Below, one piece after another: positions 1 through 11,494 of a stretch of 64,000 nt of DNA. The DNA comes from Mobula hypostoma (lineage: Eukaryota): positions 105,898,001 to 105,962,000 of the forward strand of contig NC_086097.1 of NCBI RefSeq assembly GCF_963921235.1, in the 5' to 3' direction. The position numbers were made by a program, and so were the translations under genes. Positions within the stretch are counted from its first letter, which is position 1, and each line of letters starts with the position of its first letter. The notes under the pieces were generated by a model that had not been told where the DNA came from, made no database searches, and saw only the letters and a program-made list of their open reading frames with translations.

Positions 1-1372
1 GTTTCACCAAGACCTGGCTCTCCCCTGCCACCCCCGACTGTGCCATCCAACCGGAGAGATTTTCGATCCATTGGATGGACCGCACGGTGTTTCCGGGCAA
101 GATGAGGGGAGGTGGTGTCTGTCTACTGATCAACATTGTGTGGTGCTTGGACACAGTGGCACTGACAAGATCCTGCAGCCCGGACCTGGAACACCTGTCC
201 GTGAAGTGTCCTCCGTACTATCTGCCACGGGAATGCACCTCAGTCATACTGACAGCAGTCTACATTCCCCGCACCCTCCCGAGGTGGACGTGGAGTGTAT
301 TCTGAACATACTGTATGCCAACATCAGTGAACTTGAGACGAGGTATCCGGAGGCTTTGCTCGTTACAGCCGGGGACTTTAACCAGGCCATCCTCAGAAAG
401 GCGCTGCCAAAGTCATACCAACATGTCTCCTGCCCCACTAGAGGCCCGAATATACTTAACCACTGCTACACAGCAGTCAAGGATGCCTACCGTTCCGTCC
501 CATGACCTCACTTCGGAAAATTGGACCATCAGGCCGTACTCCTCCTCCCAGCTTACAAACAGAAACTGAAGCAGGAGGACACGGTGTCAAGAGTGGTGTT
601 GCGTTGGACGGAGGAAACGGATGAGGTCCTCCATGACTTCTTTGAATCGGTGGACTGGTTAGTATTCAAGGACTCGGCAGCTAACCTCGATGAGTATGCC
701 CTAGCTGTCACAGACTTCATCTGGAAATGCACAGAGGACTGTGTGTCTCGAAGGATGATCAGGGTATTCCCTAACGGGAAACCTAGGATGAATTATGAGG
801 TCAAGTCCCTTTTGAAGGCTAGAGCTGCAGCTTTTAGGTCCGGGGATACCAGTCGCTACACGGAATCCAGGCACAAACTCCAGAAAGCCATTAAGGGCGC
901 CAAGAGGCAATATTAATCCAAGTTGGAAGCCCAGGCTAACCAGAGGGATGCCGGTAAACTATGGCAGGGTCTAAATGAGACCACTGGGCGCAATGAAAAG
1001 GCTGGGAATATCAATAACTGTGGCGCTTCTCTTCCTGACGAACCTAACGTATTCTACGCAAAATTCGAACAGAAGAGGAGCATTCCGCTCCCTCCAGATG
1101 AACCGGAGCTGATGGCATTGAAATTCATCATCACTGAGGAGGACGTTAGAAGGGCCTTCCTGAAGATAAATCCAAGGAAGGCGACGGGCCCAGATGGCGT
1201 CCCGGGACAGGTTCTCTGGGCCTATGCAAGCGAGCTAGCTGGAGTGTTTGCTGACATCTTCAACTGCTCCTTGCTTCAGTCTAAGATCCCCTCGTGTTTT
1301 AAGAAGGAAACAACAATCCCGGTGCCGAAGAAGAGCAAGGTGGTATGCCTAAATGACTATCCACTTGTGGCA
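1..1372 (+). mobile_element. Rex1/Babar-type non-LTR retrotransposon fragment (APE endonuclease to start of RT), decayed
   Basis: AVYIP, VTAGDFNQA and HCYT endonuclease motifs, then KATGPDGVPG...IPVPKKSKVVCLNDY at the RT entry. Stops and frameshifts present; same family as 62633-64000. Confidence 0.88.
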
Positions 1373-2111
1373 ATATAACAAGCAATGCTTCTGCTGGAGA
1401 AACAACAAGATTGCTTTAGATAGAAACTTGTTTCGCTCCTAACATAAACCTCTGGCTTTCTGCCAACCAATATACATTCCTGCTTACTGCTTCCTGACTG
1501 CACAGGAAGTGACCTAATACAGATCTGAAACTGCTCTTTAAAATAAAAGTAGAACATGGTTAATCACAAAGAAAAACATAAATGCCTTGCTCAAATGGCA
1601 GAAGAGAGATAGATCTCTTATTTTGTAACACTGCAGAATAAACTGTAAAAGCTACCAAAGAAATTAATTGCAGGAAAACAATAAAGTATAAGCTTATAAT
1701 AAGGTAGATTTTGAAGTCAAGGGTCCACCTTATCACAAAAGAGGTTTATTCAAAAACATAACCACTGGAAGATCCAGGATAGTGTTAAAGACAAAGAGTA
1801 AAAACTATCAAGAAAATATCCTAGAAGATTAAAACATCCAATATGCCTTGACATTTATAAATATTATCTGAATGCAGTTAGACTTATCTTTATGAATAAC
1901 ATTTGTTAACTTGCTAATGTTATTCATTTGCCTTATTTTTAAAGAGGAAGTCATGTGGTGTTTGCTTCCAACCTGCTAGGTGCAATAACTAACAACAGGT
2001 TTCTGGGTTTCTATTACGTTAGATGATTATTCTTGTGATCGCCTTTTGTAAAATTATTGCACACCCTTGCAGCTGAAGATGAAGACTGATATTGCAATAA
2101 CTAGTTATGCT

Positions 2112-2429
2112 TCACAGGACTGGCCTAAGTGGTAGCAATGGATAATGAACTCGCCAGCAGATAACAAATGACACAGCGCTGAATTGAACGGAATTGAGCT
2201 GAGCTGAATATGTCTGGACTCCTTCGATGTTCTGTGTTTCTAGCTCAATTTTTTTGCCATTTGTGCCATTTGATTTTTTTTGCACATGGGTTGGGAGGGG
2301 GGTTGGTGTTTTTGTTTGAACGAGTTCCATGGTTTTCTTTGTTTTGTGGTTGTCTGTGGGAAGACAATCTCAAGGCTATATACTGTATTCATAGTTTCAT
2401 AATAAATGTAACTTTGAATCTTTGAATCT
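2112..2429 (+). mobile_element. Short non-coding retroposon or 3' UTR fragment with a Rex-type tail
   Basis: Ends AATAAATGTAACTTTGAATCTTTGAATCT, resembling the reverse complement of the Rex tail at 8779-8850. Confidence 0.5.
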
Positions 2430-2574
2430 AGACCAGTTCAGAAGAAGCCACAACTTAATACCAGATCTTTTCTACAATCTGCCTCCATTCAAATCACGGA
2501 GGTAAGCACCTTGTGAGTTGTATCTAACTTTGGCAGCATCTTGAAGCAATTCCTCTCCATCCCAGACCAGTGTG

Positions 2575-2845
2575 ACTGCATAGCGGCTAACAGAATCACT
2601 TTACAGTCCCAGCAATCACTGATTGGGGTTTGATTCCTGCTGCTGTCTCTAAGGAGTTTTTACGTTCTCCGTGTAATAGCATGGGTTTTCCTCTGGTTTC
2701 CTCCCACAGTCCAAAGGTGAACTGGTTAGTAGGTCATTATAAATTGTCCCATGATTAGGCTAGGTTTTCTTGGTGGTTGGCTGGCAGTGCAGTTCGAGGG
2801 ACTGGAAGGGCCTATTCTGCGATGTATCTCAATAAATAAATAAAA
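2575..2845 (+). mobile_element. tRNA-derived V-type SINE (HE1-like)
   Basis: Degenerate A and B boxes (TAGCGGCTAA, GGTTTGATTCC), V-domain-like GGAGTT...GTTCTCC...GGGTTTTCC...GGTTTCCTCCCACAGTCCAAAG, CR1-like tail GAAGGGCCT...TGTATCTC and (AATA)n. Confidence 0.75.
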
Positions 2846-2974
2846 TGGAAAACAACCAGGATATCAGGGACATTCCTGCCAACTGCATGCCAGTGCTTCA
2901 CAAAGCAATCACAATGTGCAGTTGGTTTTTCCAGTGTACAAGAGCTACATTTTGAACACTAATTGTGATACTCT

Positions 2975-3990
2975 CGATTGGAAGAAGTTCAAATGAATCA
3001 CTGCTTCATCTGAAAAATCTATTTGAGTCCCAGGAAGGGAAGAGGTAAAATGAAAAAAGTTGCACATCCTGTGTTTAGATGGGGAAAGTGCTGTAAGGCA
3101 GGGAGTGTTAGGCTGAGCCATGCCAGATTACCATGGAGTTGTGAAGGGAGTGATTCCTTCAAAATGCTGAAAGGGATTCCAAGTCTGATGGTAGATTCTT
3201 GTTGGTGCTGGCAGAAACTGTGAAGGATGATAGTTGGGGCATGAAGGGAAACGAGGAGAAGGCAGGAGATTGGTGCTGAGAGGGAAAATGGATCAGCCAT
3301 GATGAAATAGTGAAGCAAACTCGATGGGCCAATTGACCTAACTCTGCTCCAATATCTTATGGTCTTAAAGCTTATTGAATTTAGGCAATGGTGGTGTGGA
3401 AGGTAACGACAAGGAAAACACTGTTCTTGCTCTTTCCAGGAGAAAGAGTGGGGGCAGAGGCACTGGAAATGGGTAGAACACATATTCAAGGCCTCTGTCC
3501 ACAAAGGTAGAGGAGAAGCCATAGTCTGGAAGGAAGGAAGTGATTTTGGGTGAAGTTGAGCAGAATATCTGATCAGAGGAGCAAGGCGACAAAAATGAAG
3601 TATTTGATGCATTGAACATGGAATTGAGTGAGTGAGAAGGATGGGAAGGGTGCTTTAAAACACACCCTGTATAAAGATGGGCATGATGTGGACTCAGGAA
3701 GGTGTTTTGGAGATTGTGAGTGGATTTAGTACATTGTTAGAGGGGAACTGAATGGGCCTTTTGTTTAACAAGGAATTGAGGGGCCTTAGACATTTTGTGT
3801 GAGGAAAGTGTAAAGGAATTTTACGTACATGGTGAGCATGAACAACTTGGGACCAGAAAAATGGAGACTGTTGAAGTGTTGTGAACCAGGTGATGATAAT
3901 GAACTGGGTAAGAAAGGATGGAGCTGAAGTATGGAGAAACAAATCTAGTTCCACAGGAGAAAGCTGAAACAATAGGTCTGATTGGATAAG
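2975..3990 (-). mobile_element. Old degenerate Penelope-like element fragment, interrupted by a CR1 3' tail at about 3250-3367 (+)
   Basis: Minus-strand translation and GA-rich plus strand resemble the RT-thumb region of the element at 17750-18200. CR1 tail GGATCAGCCATGATG...CTTATGGTCTTA lies inside. Confidence 0.55.
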
Positions 3991-4286
3991 GTTGCTTGCA
4001 GGATTAGGACACTACTACACAACCCTGTAGTTCCCAGCCCTGAATTGCCCACTTCTTCTTTCCTGGGCAGAGAGTAGGGTCAGTACAGGGCTGGGGTACT
4101 AACTGCAGTGTTGGAAGTGGAAGAAATGGGGCTCATAACTGTGTGTCGTCTTCCCAGCACAATCTTCAACAATGCAAAATGATGCCTTTCACTATGTGTT
4201 TTAATGTACATGGAACAAATAAAACTATCCTTTCATCTGACAGCTGATATCGGCAGCATCATATTCCAAAGCATCTATGAAGATGT

Positions 4287-7200
4287 ATAGACATAGACAT
4301 AGACATAGAATAGTACAGCACAGTACAGGCCCTTCGGCCCACAATGTTATGCCAACCCTTAAACCCTTCCTCCCATATAACCCCCACCCAACTTAAATTC
4401 CTTCATATACCTGTCTAGCCGTCTCTTAAATTTCACTAGTGTATCTGCCTCCACCACTGACTCAGGCAGTGAATTCCACACACCAACCACTCTCTGAGTG
4501 AAAAACCTTCCTCTAATATCCCCTTTGAACTTCCCACCCCTTAGCTTAAAGCCATGTCCTCTTGTACTGAACAGTGGTGCCCTGGGGAAGAGGCGCTGGC
4601 TGTCCACTCTATCTATTCTTCTTAATATCTTGTATACCTTCATCATGTCTCCTCTCATCCTCCTTCTCTCCAAAGAGTAAAGCCCTAGCTCCCTTAATCT
4701 CTGATCATAATGAATACTCTGCAAACCAGGCAGCATCCTGGGAAATCTCTTCTGTACCCTTTTCAATGCTTCCACATCCTTCCTGTAGTGAAGCGACCGG
4801 AACTGGACACAGTATTCCAACTGTGGCCTAACCAGAGTTTTATAGAGCTGCATCATTACCCTGCGACTCTTAAACTCTATCCCACGACTTATGAAAGCTT
4901 TCTTAACTACTCTACCTACCTGTGAGGCAACTTTCTGGGAACTATGGACATGTACCCTCAGATCCCTCTGCTCCTCCACACTACCAAGTATCCTCCATTT
5001 ACTTTGTACTCTGCCTTGGAGTTTGTTCTTCCAAAGTGTACCACCTCACACTTCTCCGGGTTGAACTTCATCTGCCACTTCTCAGCCCACTTCTGCATCC
5101 TATCAATGTCTCTCTGTAATCTTCGACAATCCTCTACACTATCCACAACACCACCAACCTTTGTGCCGTCTGCAAACTTGCCAACCCACCCTTCTACCCC
5201 CACATCCAAGTTGTTAATAAAAATCACGAAAAGCAGAGGGCCCAGAACCAATCCATGTGGGACACCACTAGTTACAACCCTCCAATCTGAATGTACTCCC
5301 TCCACCACGACCCTCTGCTTTCTGTAGGTGAGCCAGTTCTGAATCCACTTGGCCAAACTTCCCTGGATCCCATGCCTTCTGACTTTCTGCATAAGCCTAC
5401 TGAGTGGAACCTTGTCAAATGCCTTACTAAAATGCATATAGATCACATCCACTGCACTACCCTCATCTATATGCCTGGTCACCTCCTCAAAGAACTCTAT
5501 CAGGCCTGTTAGACAAGATCTGCCCTTCACAAAGCCATGCTGACTGTCCCTGATCAGACCATGATTCTCTAAATGCCAATAGATCCTATCTCTAAGAATC
5601 TTTTCCAACAGCTTTCCCACCACAGACGTAAGGCTCACTGGTCTATAATTACCCAGACTATCCTTACTACCTTTTTTGAACAAGGGGACAACATTCGCCT
5701 CCCTCCAATCCTTTGGTACCATTCCCGTGGACAACGAGGACATGAAGATCCTAGCCAGAGGCTCAGCAATCTCTTCCCTCACCTTGTGGAGCAGCCTGGG
5801 GAATATTCCATCAGGCCCCGGGGACTTATCTGTTCTAATGTATTTTCACAACTCTAACACCTCCTCTCCTTTAATATCAACATATTCCAGAGCATCAACC
5901 TCACTCATATTGTCCTCACCTTCATCAAGTTCCCTCTCATTAGTGAATACCGAAGAGAAGTGTTCATTGAAGACCTCGCTGACTTCCACAGCCTCCAGGC
6001 ATATCTTTGCACCTTAATCCTAATCGGTCCTACCTTCATTTGTTCTTCACATAATTGAAGAATGCCTTGGGGTTTTCCTTTACCCTACTCGCCAAGGCCT
6101 TCTCATACACCCTTTTTGCTCTTATCAGCTCCTTCTTAAGCTCATTTCTTGCTACCCTATATTCCTCAATAGACCCATCTGATCCTTGCTTCTGAAACCT
6201 CACGTATGCTGCCTTCTTCCACCTGTCTAGATTTGCCACCTCACTAGTTCCTTCACCTTACCATTCTTTATCTTCCTCACTTGGACAAATTCATCCCTAA
6301 CATTCAGCAAGAGATCCCTAAACATCGACCACATGTCCATAGTACATTTCCCTGCAAAAACATCATCCCAATTCACACCCGCAAGTTCTAGCCTTATAGC
6401 CTCATAATTTGCCTTTCCCGAATTAAACATTTTCCTATCCTCTCTGATTCTATCCTTTACCATGATAATAGTAAAGGCCAGGGAGCGGTGGTCACTGTCC
6501 CCCAGATGCTCACCCACTGAGAGATCTGTGACCTGACCCAGTTCATTACCTAATACTAGATCTAGTACGGCATTCCCCCTAGTCAGCCTGTCAACATATT
6601 GTGACAGGAATCCGTCCTGGACACACTTAACAAACTCTGCCCTGTCTAAACCATTGGAACTAATCAGGTGCCAATAAATATTACGGAAGTTAAAGTCACC
6701 CACGATAACAACCCTGTTATTTTTGCACTTTTCCAAAAACTGCCTCCCAATCTGCTCCTCGGAATCTCTGCTGCTACCAGGGGGCCTATAGAATTCTCCC
6801 AGTAGAGTAACTGCTCTCTTCCTGTTCCTGACTTCTACCCATACTGACTCAAAGGAGGATCCTGCTACATTACACACCCCTTCTGTAGCTGTAATAGTAT
6901 CGCTGACCAGTAATGCCACCCCTCCTCCCCTTTCCCCCCTCTTTATCCCTTTTAAAACACTAAAATCCGGGAATATTGAGAATCCATTCCTGCCCTGCCC
7001 TGCCCTGCAAATCTCTGTAATGGCCACTACATCATAATTCCATCTATGTATCTAAGCTCTCAGTTCATCACCTTTGATCCTGATGCTTCTTGCATTGAAG
7101 TACACACACTTTAGCCCTTCTACCTTATTATCTTTACACCCTTTATTCTGCTTCTCTTTCCTCAAAGCCTCTTTATAAGTTAGATCTAGTTTTACTCCAT

Positions 7201-8100
7201 GCACCATACTTGCAGTTCTCGCATGACTTTTATCCTCCTCCACCTCACTATCTGCTCTTACATTCTGGTTCCCCTCCCCCTGCAAATCTAGTTTAAACCT
7301 TCCAGAGCAGCACTAGCAAATCTTCTTGCAAGGATATTAGTCCCCCTCCAGTTCAGGTGCAACCCGTCCCATCGGAACAGGTCCCACGTTCCCTGGAACA
7401 AGGCCCAATTGTCCAGAAACATGAGGCTCTCCCTCCTGCACCAACTCCTTAACCATGTATTTAGCTGCATTTTCGTCCTATGTCTAGCTTGTGGCACAGG
7501 TAGCAAACCTGAGATTGTAACCCTGGAGGTCCTGTCCTTCAACTTTGCACCTAACTCCCTAAACTCTCTTTGCAGGACCTCCTCCTTCTTCCTATACATG
7601 TCATTGGCCCCTACATGGACCACAACATCTGGCTGCTCGACCTCCTTCCTGAGAATACCATGAACTTGATCCAAGATATCGTGGACCCTGGCACCAGGGA
7701 GGCAACAGACCTCCGGGATTCTCGATCTCTCCCACAGAACCTTCTATCTGTCTCCCTAACTATCGAATCCTCTATCACTACAGCTCTCCTCTTTTCCGTC
7801 CTTCCCTTCTGAGCTGAGGGTCCAGTCTTGGTGCCAGAGAAACGACCACTGTAACTTGTCCCTGGTAGGTCGTCCCCACTAACAGTATCCAAAACGGTAT
7901 ACTTATTGTTGATGGGAATGGCCACAGGTGTGCTCTGCTCTTTCTGTCTATTCCCCTTCCCTCTTCTGGCAGTCATCCAGCTACCTGCCTCCTGACTTTT
8001 AGGGGTGACTATCTCCCTGTAACTCCTGTTTATTTCTTCCTCTGTCTCATGAATGATCCGAAGTTCATCCAGCTCCAGTTCCAGTTCCCTAACTCGTTTT
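4287..8100 (-). mobile_element. Near full-length CR1 LINE (ORF1 SGNH esterase plus ORF2 APE-RT), frameshifted
   Basis: (CTATGT)n tail at 4287-4310; RT motifs NYRPVSLTS, FSKAFDKV, GVPHGLVLGP, KFADG; EN motifs YFNARSI, VGDFNF, SDH; ORF1 motifs VVIEDS, HVGAND, DGLHLN. Confidence 0.95.
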
Positions 8101-8289
8101 ATGTAGATGGAGTTCGGTTCACTAGACTACAATAGTACCAGTTGGCAGGTTTAATAAGGTAAGAATTGGCTGTTCCTGAGCTGTTCAGAGAGTGAGTGAA
8201 GGCAGTGGAAAAATCAAAGACTGTTAGCAATGATGGAGGAAAGATAAGAATTCAGGGGGAAGAGTCCAAGTGGAAGGAGAATTCTGAAG

Positions 8290-8625
8290 TAACACACACA
8301 AAATGGAACTCAGCAGGTCAGGCAGCATCTATTCAGAGGAATAAACAGTCGACGTTTCAGGTCGAAAACCTTCATCAGAACTGGAAAGGAAGGGGGTAGA
8401 AGCCAGTGTAAGAAAGTTGGGAAGGATCTGGCAGGTGATATATGAAGCCAGGAAAGGAGGAGAGGGAGTGACGTGAAAAGATGGGAGATGAAAAGAGTGA
8501 AAGGTAAAGGGCTGAAGAAAAAGTCACCTGATAGGAGAGGAGAGTGGACCATAAGAATAAGGGGAGGAGGAGGGAACCCAGGGAAAAGTGATAGGCAGGT
8601 GAGGAGAAGAGGTATGTGGAAATGA
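8290..8625 (-). mobile_element. Penelope-like (Neptune) 3' pseudo-LTR fragment
   Basis: Homologous to 17002-17400 (CACACAAAATG...AACTCAGCAGGTCAGGCAGCATC followed by a GA-rich tract). Confidence 0.8.
8346..8383 (-). ncRNA. Minimal type-I hammerhead ribozyme motif, intact core
   Basis: Minus strand reads CAGTT-CTGATGA-AGGT(TTTCG)ACCT-GAAAC-GTC-GACTG: stem I 5 bp (one G-U), stem II 4 bp, loopless palindromic stem III ACGT. Confidence 0.8.
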
Positions 8626-8778
8626 GAGAAAGAGCCTGCAGTCTGGGTGAGGATCTTTAGACAAGGCCTCAGGCATCCACAACCATAAGACATCAGAGCA
8701 GAAATAGGCTACTTGGCCCATCAATTCTGCCCTGCCACATCCACTTCCTCTACCACTCAAGTGGTATTCTAACACCTC

Positions 8779-9235
8779 AAAGTTCAAAGGTCAAAGTAAG
8801 TTTATTATCAAAGTACATGTATATCACCATATACAACCCTGAGATTCATTTTCCTCTGGACATATCTATAGAATAGTAACTATGACAGAATCAATGAAAG
8901 ATCAGCTAGAGTGCAGAAGACAACAAACTCTGCAAATACAAATATAAATTAATAGTAATAAATAACAAGACAACAAACACTGCAAATACAAATATAAATT
9001 AATAGTAATAAATAACAAGAACATGACATGATAAAGAGTCCTTAAAGTGAGAGTCCTTAAAGAGTTGTGGGAACATCCCAATGGATGGGCAAGTGAGTGT
9101 AGTTATCCCCTTTTGTTCAAGATGGTTGTGGGGTAGTAACTGTTCTTGAACCTGGTGGTGTGAGTCCTGAGGCTCCTGTACCTTCTACCTGATGGCAGCA
9201 GTGAAAAGAGAGCATGGCCTGAGTGGTAGGGATTT
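8779..9235 (-). mobile_element. Rex1/Babar 3' end with an internal tandem duplication of about 50 bp (8919-9020)
   Basis: C-terminal peptide GHALFSLLPSGRRYRSLRTHTTRFKNSYYP; tail AATAAACTTACTTTGACCTTTGAACTTTG. Confidence 0.85.
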
Positions 9236-9979
9236 CTGTGTGGAATTAAACACAGCAGGAACTGTGCAATGCCATACAGGAGGGCAATGAAGCTCACTTG
9301 AAAGCCATGCACAGGGACAAGCACTTGCATTTGCTAAGCTTTGTTTAACTGTTATTAAATTTTGGCTACAAATGAAGGAGCTCTTAAGTTTTGATCTTTG
9401 TAATTTTTAGTTAATTTTTTTATGTTGAATAAAGCACTCTTATTCCAGTTTGAAATTTCAGGTTAAGTAAATTGTGCAGAGGATGAATGGACATATTCAT
9501 TTGAGATAGACTAATCCGTTGTATAGCAGTTCCTTTTAGTAATTCAAACAGCAGGATCAGTCCTTGCAACGTGGAAAGGAAATGGCGAATGATTGAGGCA
9601 CAGGTGTTTACATTCATCATTGTAAAAGGAAAAAAGCACTGTCCTGACTTTGAAGGTAAATCTGTGGCTGATGTCTGCACCCATTCATTGGAAGTGTCAC
9701 ACTTGTCTCTCATTACACCTGGGTTCAACTACACATATAGCAGATTCATTGACACTGAGCCTGACCGCTGAAATCTGACTGATTAACAAGGCAATAGTCA
9801 TACACTGCTGCCATTTTGAAAGTTTGAACAGAGTCATGTAAAGGCAGCATCTGCCCTCATGTCCAGAGAAGTAGGAGTTATGAGGAGATTAACAGTGGCA
9901 CTCAGTTCATCAAGAGAGGGGCTATGCCATGTTGCCTCACATTTACACTGCACACTACCAGTGGGGCAAGGTGGCTACA

Positions 9980-10648
9980 TAATTAGATTATGAGGACACT
10001 CAGTCCTTGTTTATTGTCATTTAGAAATGCATGCGTTAAAAAATGATACAACGTTCCTCCAGAATGACATCACAAGAAAACACAGGACAAACCAAGACTA
10101 AAACTGACAAAACCACATAATTATAACATGTAGTTACAACAGTGCAAAGCAATACCATAATTTGATAAAGAGCAGACCATGGGCACAGTAAAAAAAAGTC
10201 TCAAAGTCCCGATAGACTCATCATCTCACACAGGCGACAGAAGGGAGGAACTCTCCCGCCATGAACCTTCATGCGCCGCCAACTTGCCGATGCAGTACCA
10301 TTGGAAGCACCCGACCACAGCGGACTCTGAGTCCGTCCGAAAACTTCGAGCCTCTGACACAGCCTCTCTGAGCACCATCCTCTGCCAAGCGCTTCGATCC
10401 CGCCCCGGCCGCCAAGTAACAAGCAAAGCCGAGGACTTGGGGCCTTCCCCTCCAGAGATTCTGGACCACACGGTAGCAGCAGCAGTGAAGCAGCATTTCA
10501 GAAGTTTCACCGGATGTTCCTCAGTGCTCTCACATCCGTCTCCATCAAATCAGGATTGTGCACGGCACCCTACTTAACAAATAACAGACATCACCACCGG
10601 AGTTGCCGCTGTGAGCTGCGTCATACCGCCATCTTCTCCTCCCGCCGC
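9980..10648 (-). mobile_element. CpG-rich non-coding retroposon with a YY1-like 5' end
   Basis: 5' end GGAGGAGAAGATGGCGG; 3' end ATGACAATAAA...ATAATCTAAT; no RT or transposase coding. Confidence 0.55.
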
Positions 10649-11494
10649 GACACACAGAGTCTATTCATCACACTGGCTGACATCATGCTGCTGTGATACT
10701 GGGTGCAGACATGTTTTCTGGTGAGATTGACAGAGACTGTATGTAGGACATCATAGTCTGCCAAAGTTAATATGTGAGACACCAAAGAATTTACATTTTC
10801 TATTAATCTCTATAAGTTGCATGAACCATGAAAGACCCTCACAGTTTGGACACCCGTATACTTTGCTTAGTAGGTATACATGAGATGATGCAGAGCCCTG
10901 GTGAAATGTTGTTGATCTGAAATGTTAATGTATTTCTCTCTCTGTACAGACGTTAAGATTCAAAATTCCAGTTTGTTCATTGTCATTCATCAGTACAGAA
11001 GTGCAAAGGAAATCAAAACAATTGTTACTCCAGATCCGATGCAGCGTTATAAAGACACAATAAACATAGAGAACACAATGAAAAACACACAATAAATGTA
11101 CACTCAATGTATATTTATGGGGTACCTCCTGCACCAAATGAAGTGGACACTGAGTTTATATACGGTCTTTTGCTGCTGTTGTCCATCTGCTTCAAGGTTC
11201 AATGTGTTGCCTGTTCAAAGATACCACCGTTGTAATGAGTGGTCATCTGCGTTACTGTCACTTTCCTGTCAGCCTGAACCAGTCTGGCAGTTCTCCTCCG
11301 ATCGCTCTCATTAACCATTTTGCTGATGGAACTGCTGCTGCCTAGATTTTTTTTTTGTTTCCCACACTATTTTCTACAAAATCTAGAGAATGTTGTGCAT
11401 GAAAATCCTAGGAGATCAGCAGTTTCTGAGATACTCAAACCACCCCATCTGGCACCAACAAACATTCCACAGTCAAAATCACTTACATCATATT

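Noticed and set aside
553..1372. Segmental duplication or giant LTR with 62633-63450
   Set aside because: Similarity is limited to Rex coding sequence; the flanks and truncation points differ.
10179..10577. Overlapping GC-rich ORFs as an exon
   Set aside because: Inside a retroposon-like unit; no recognisable domain or splice context.
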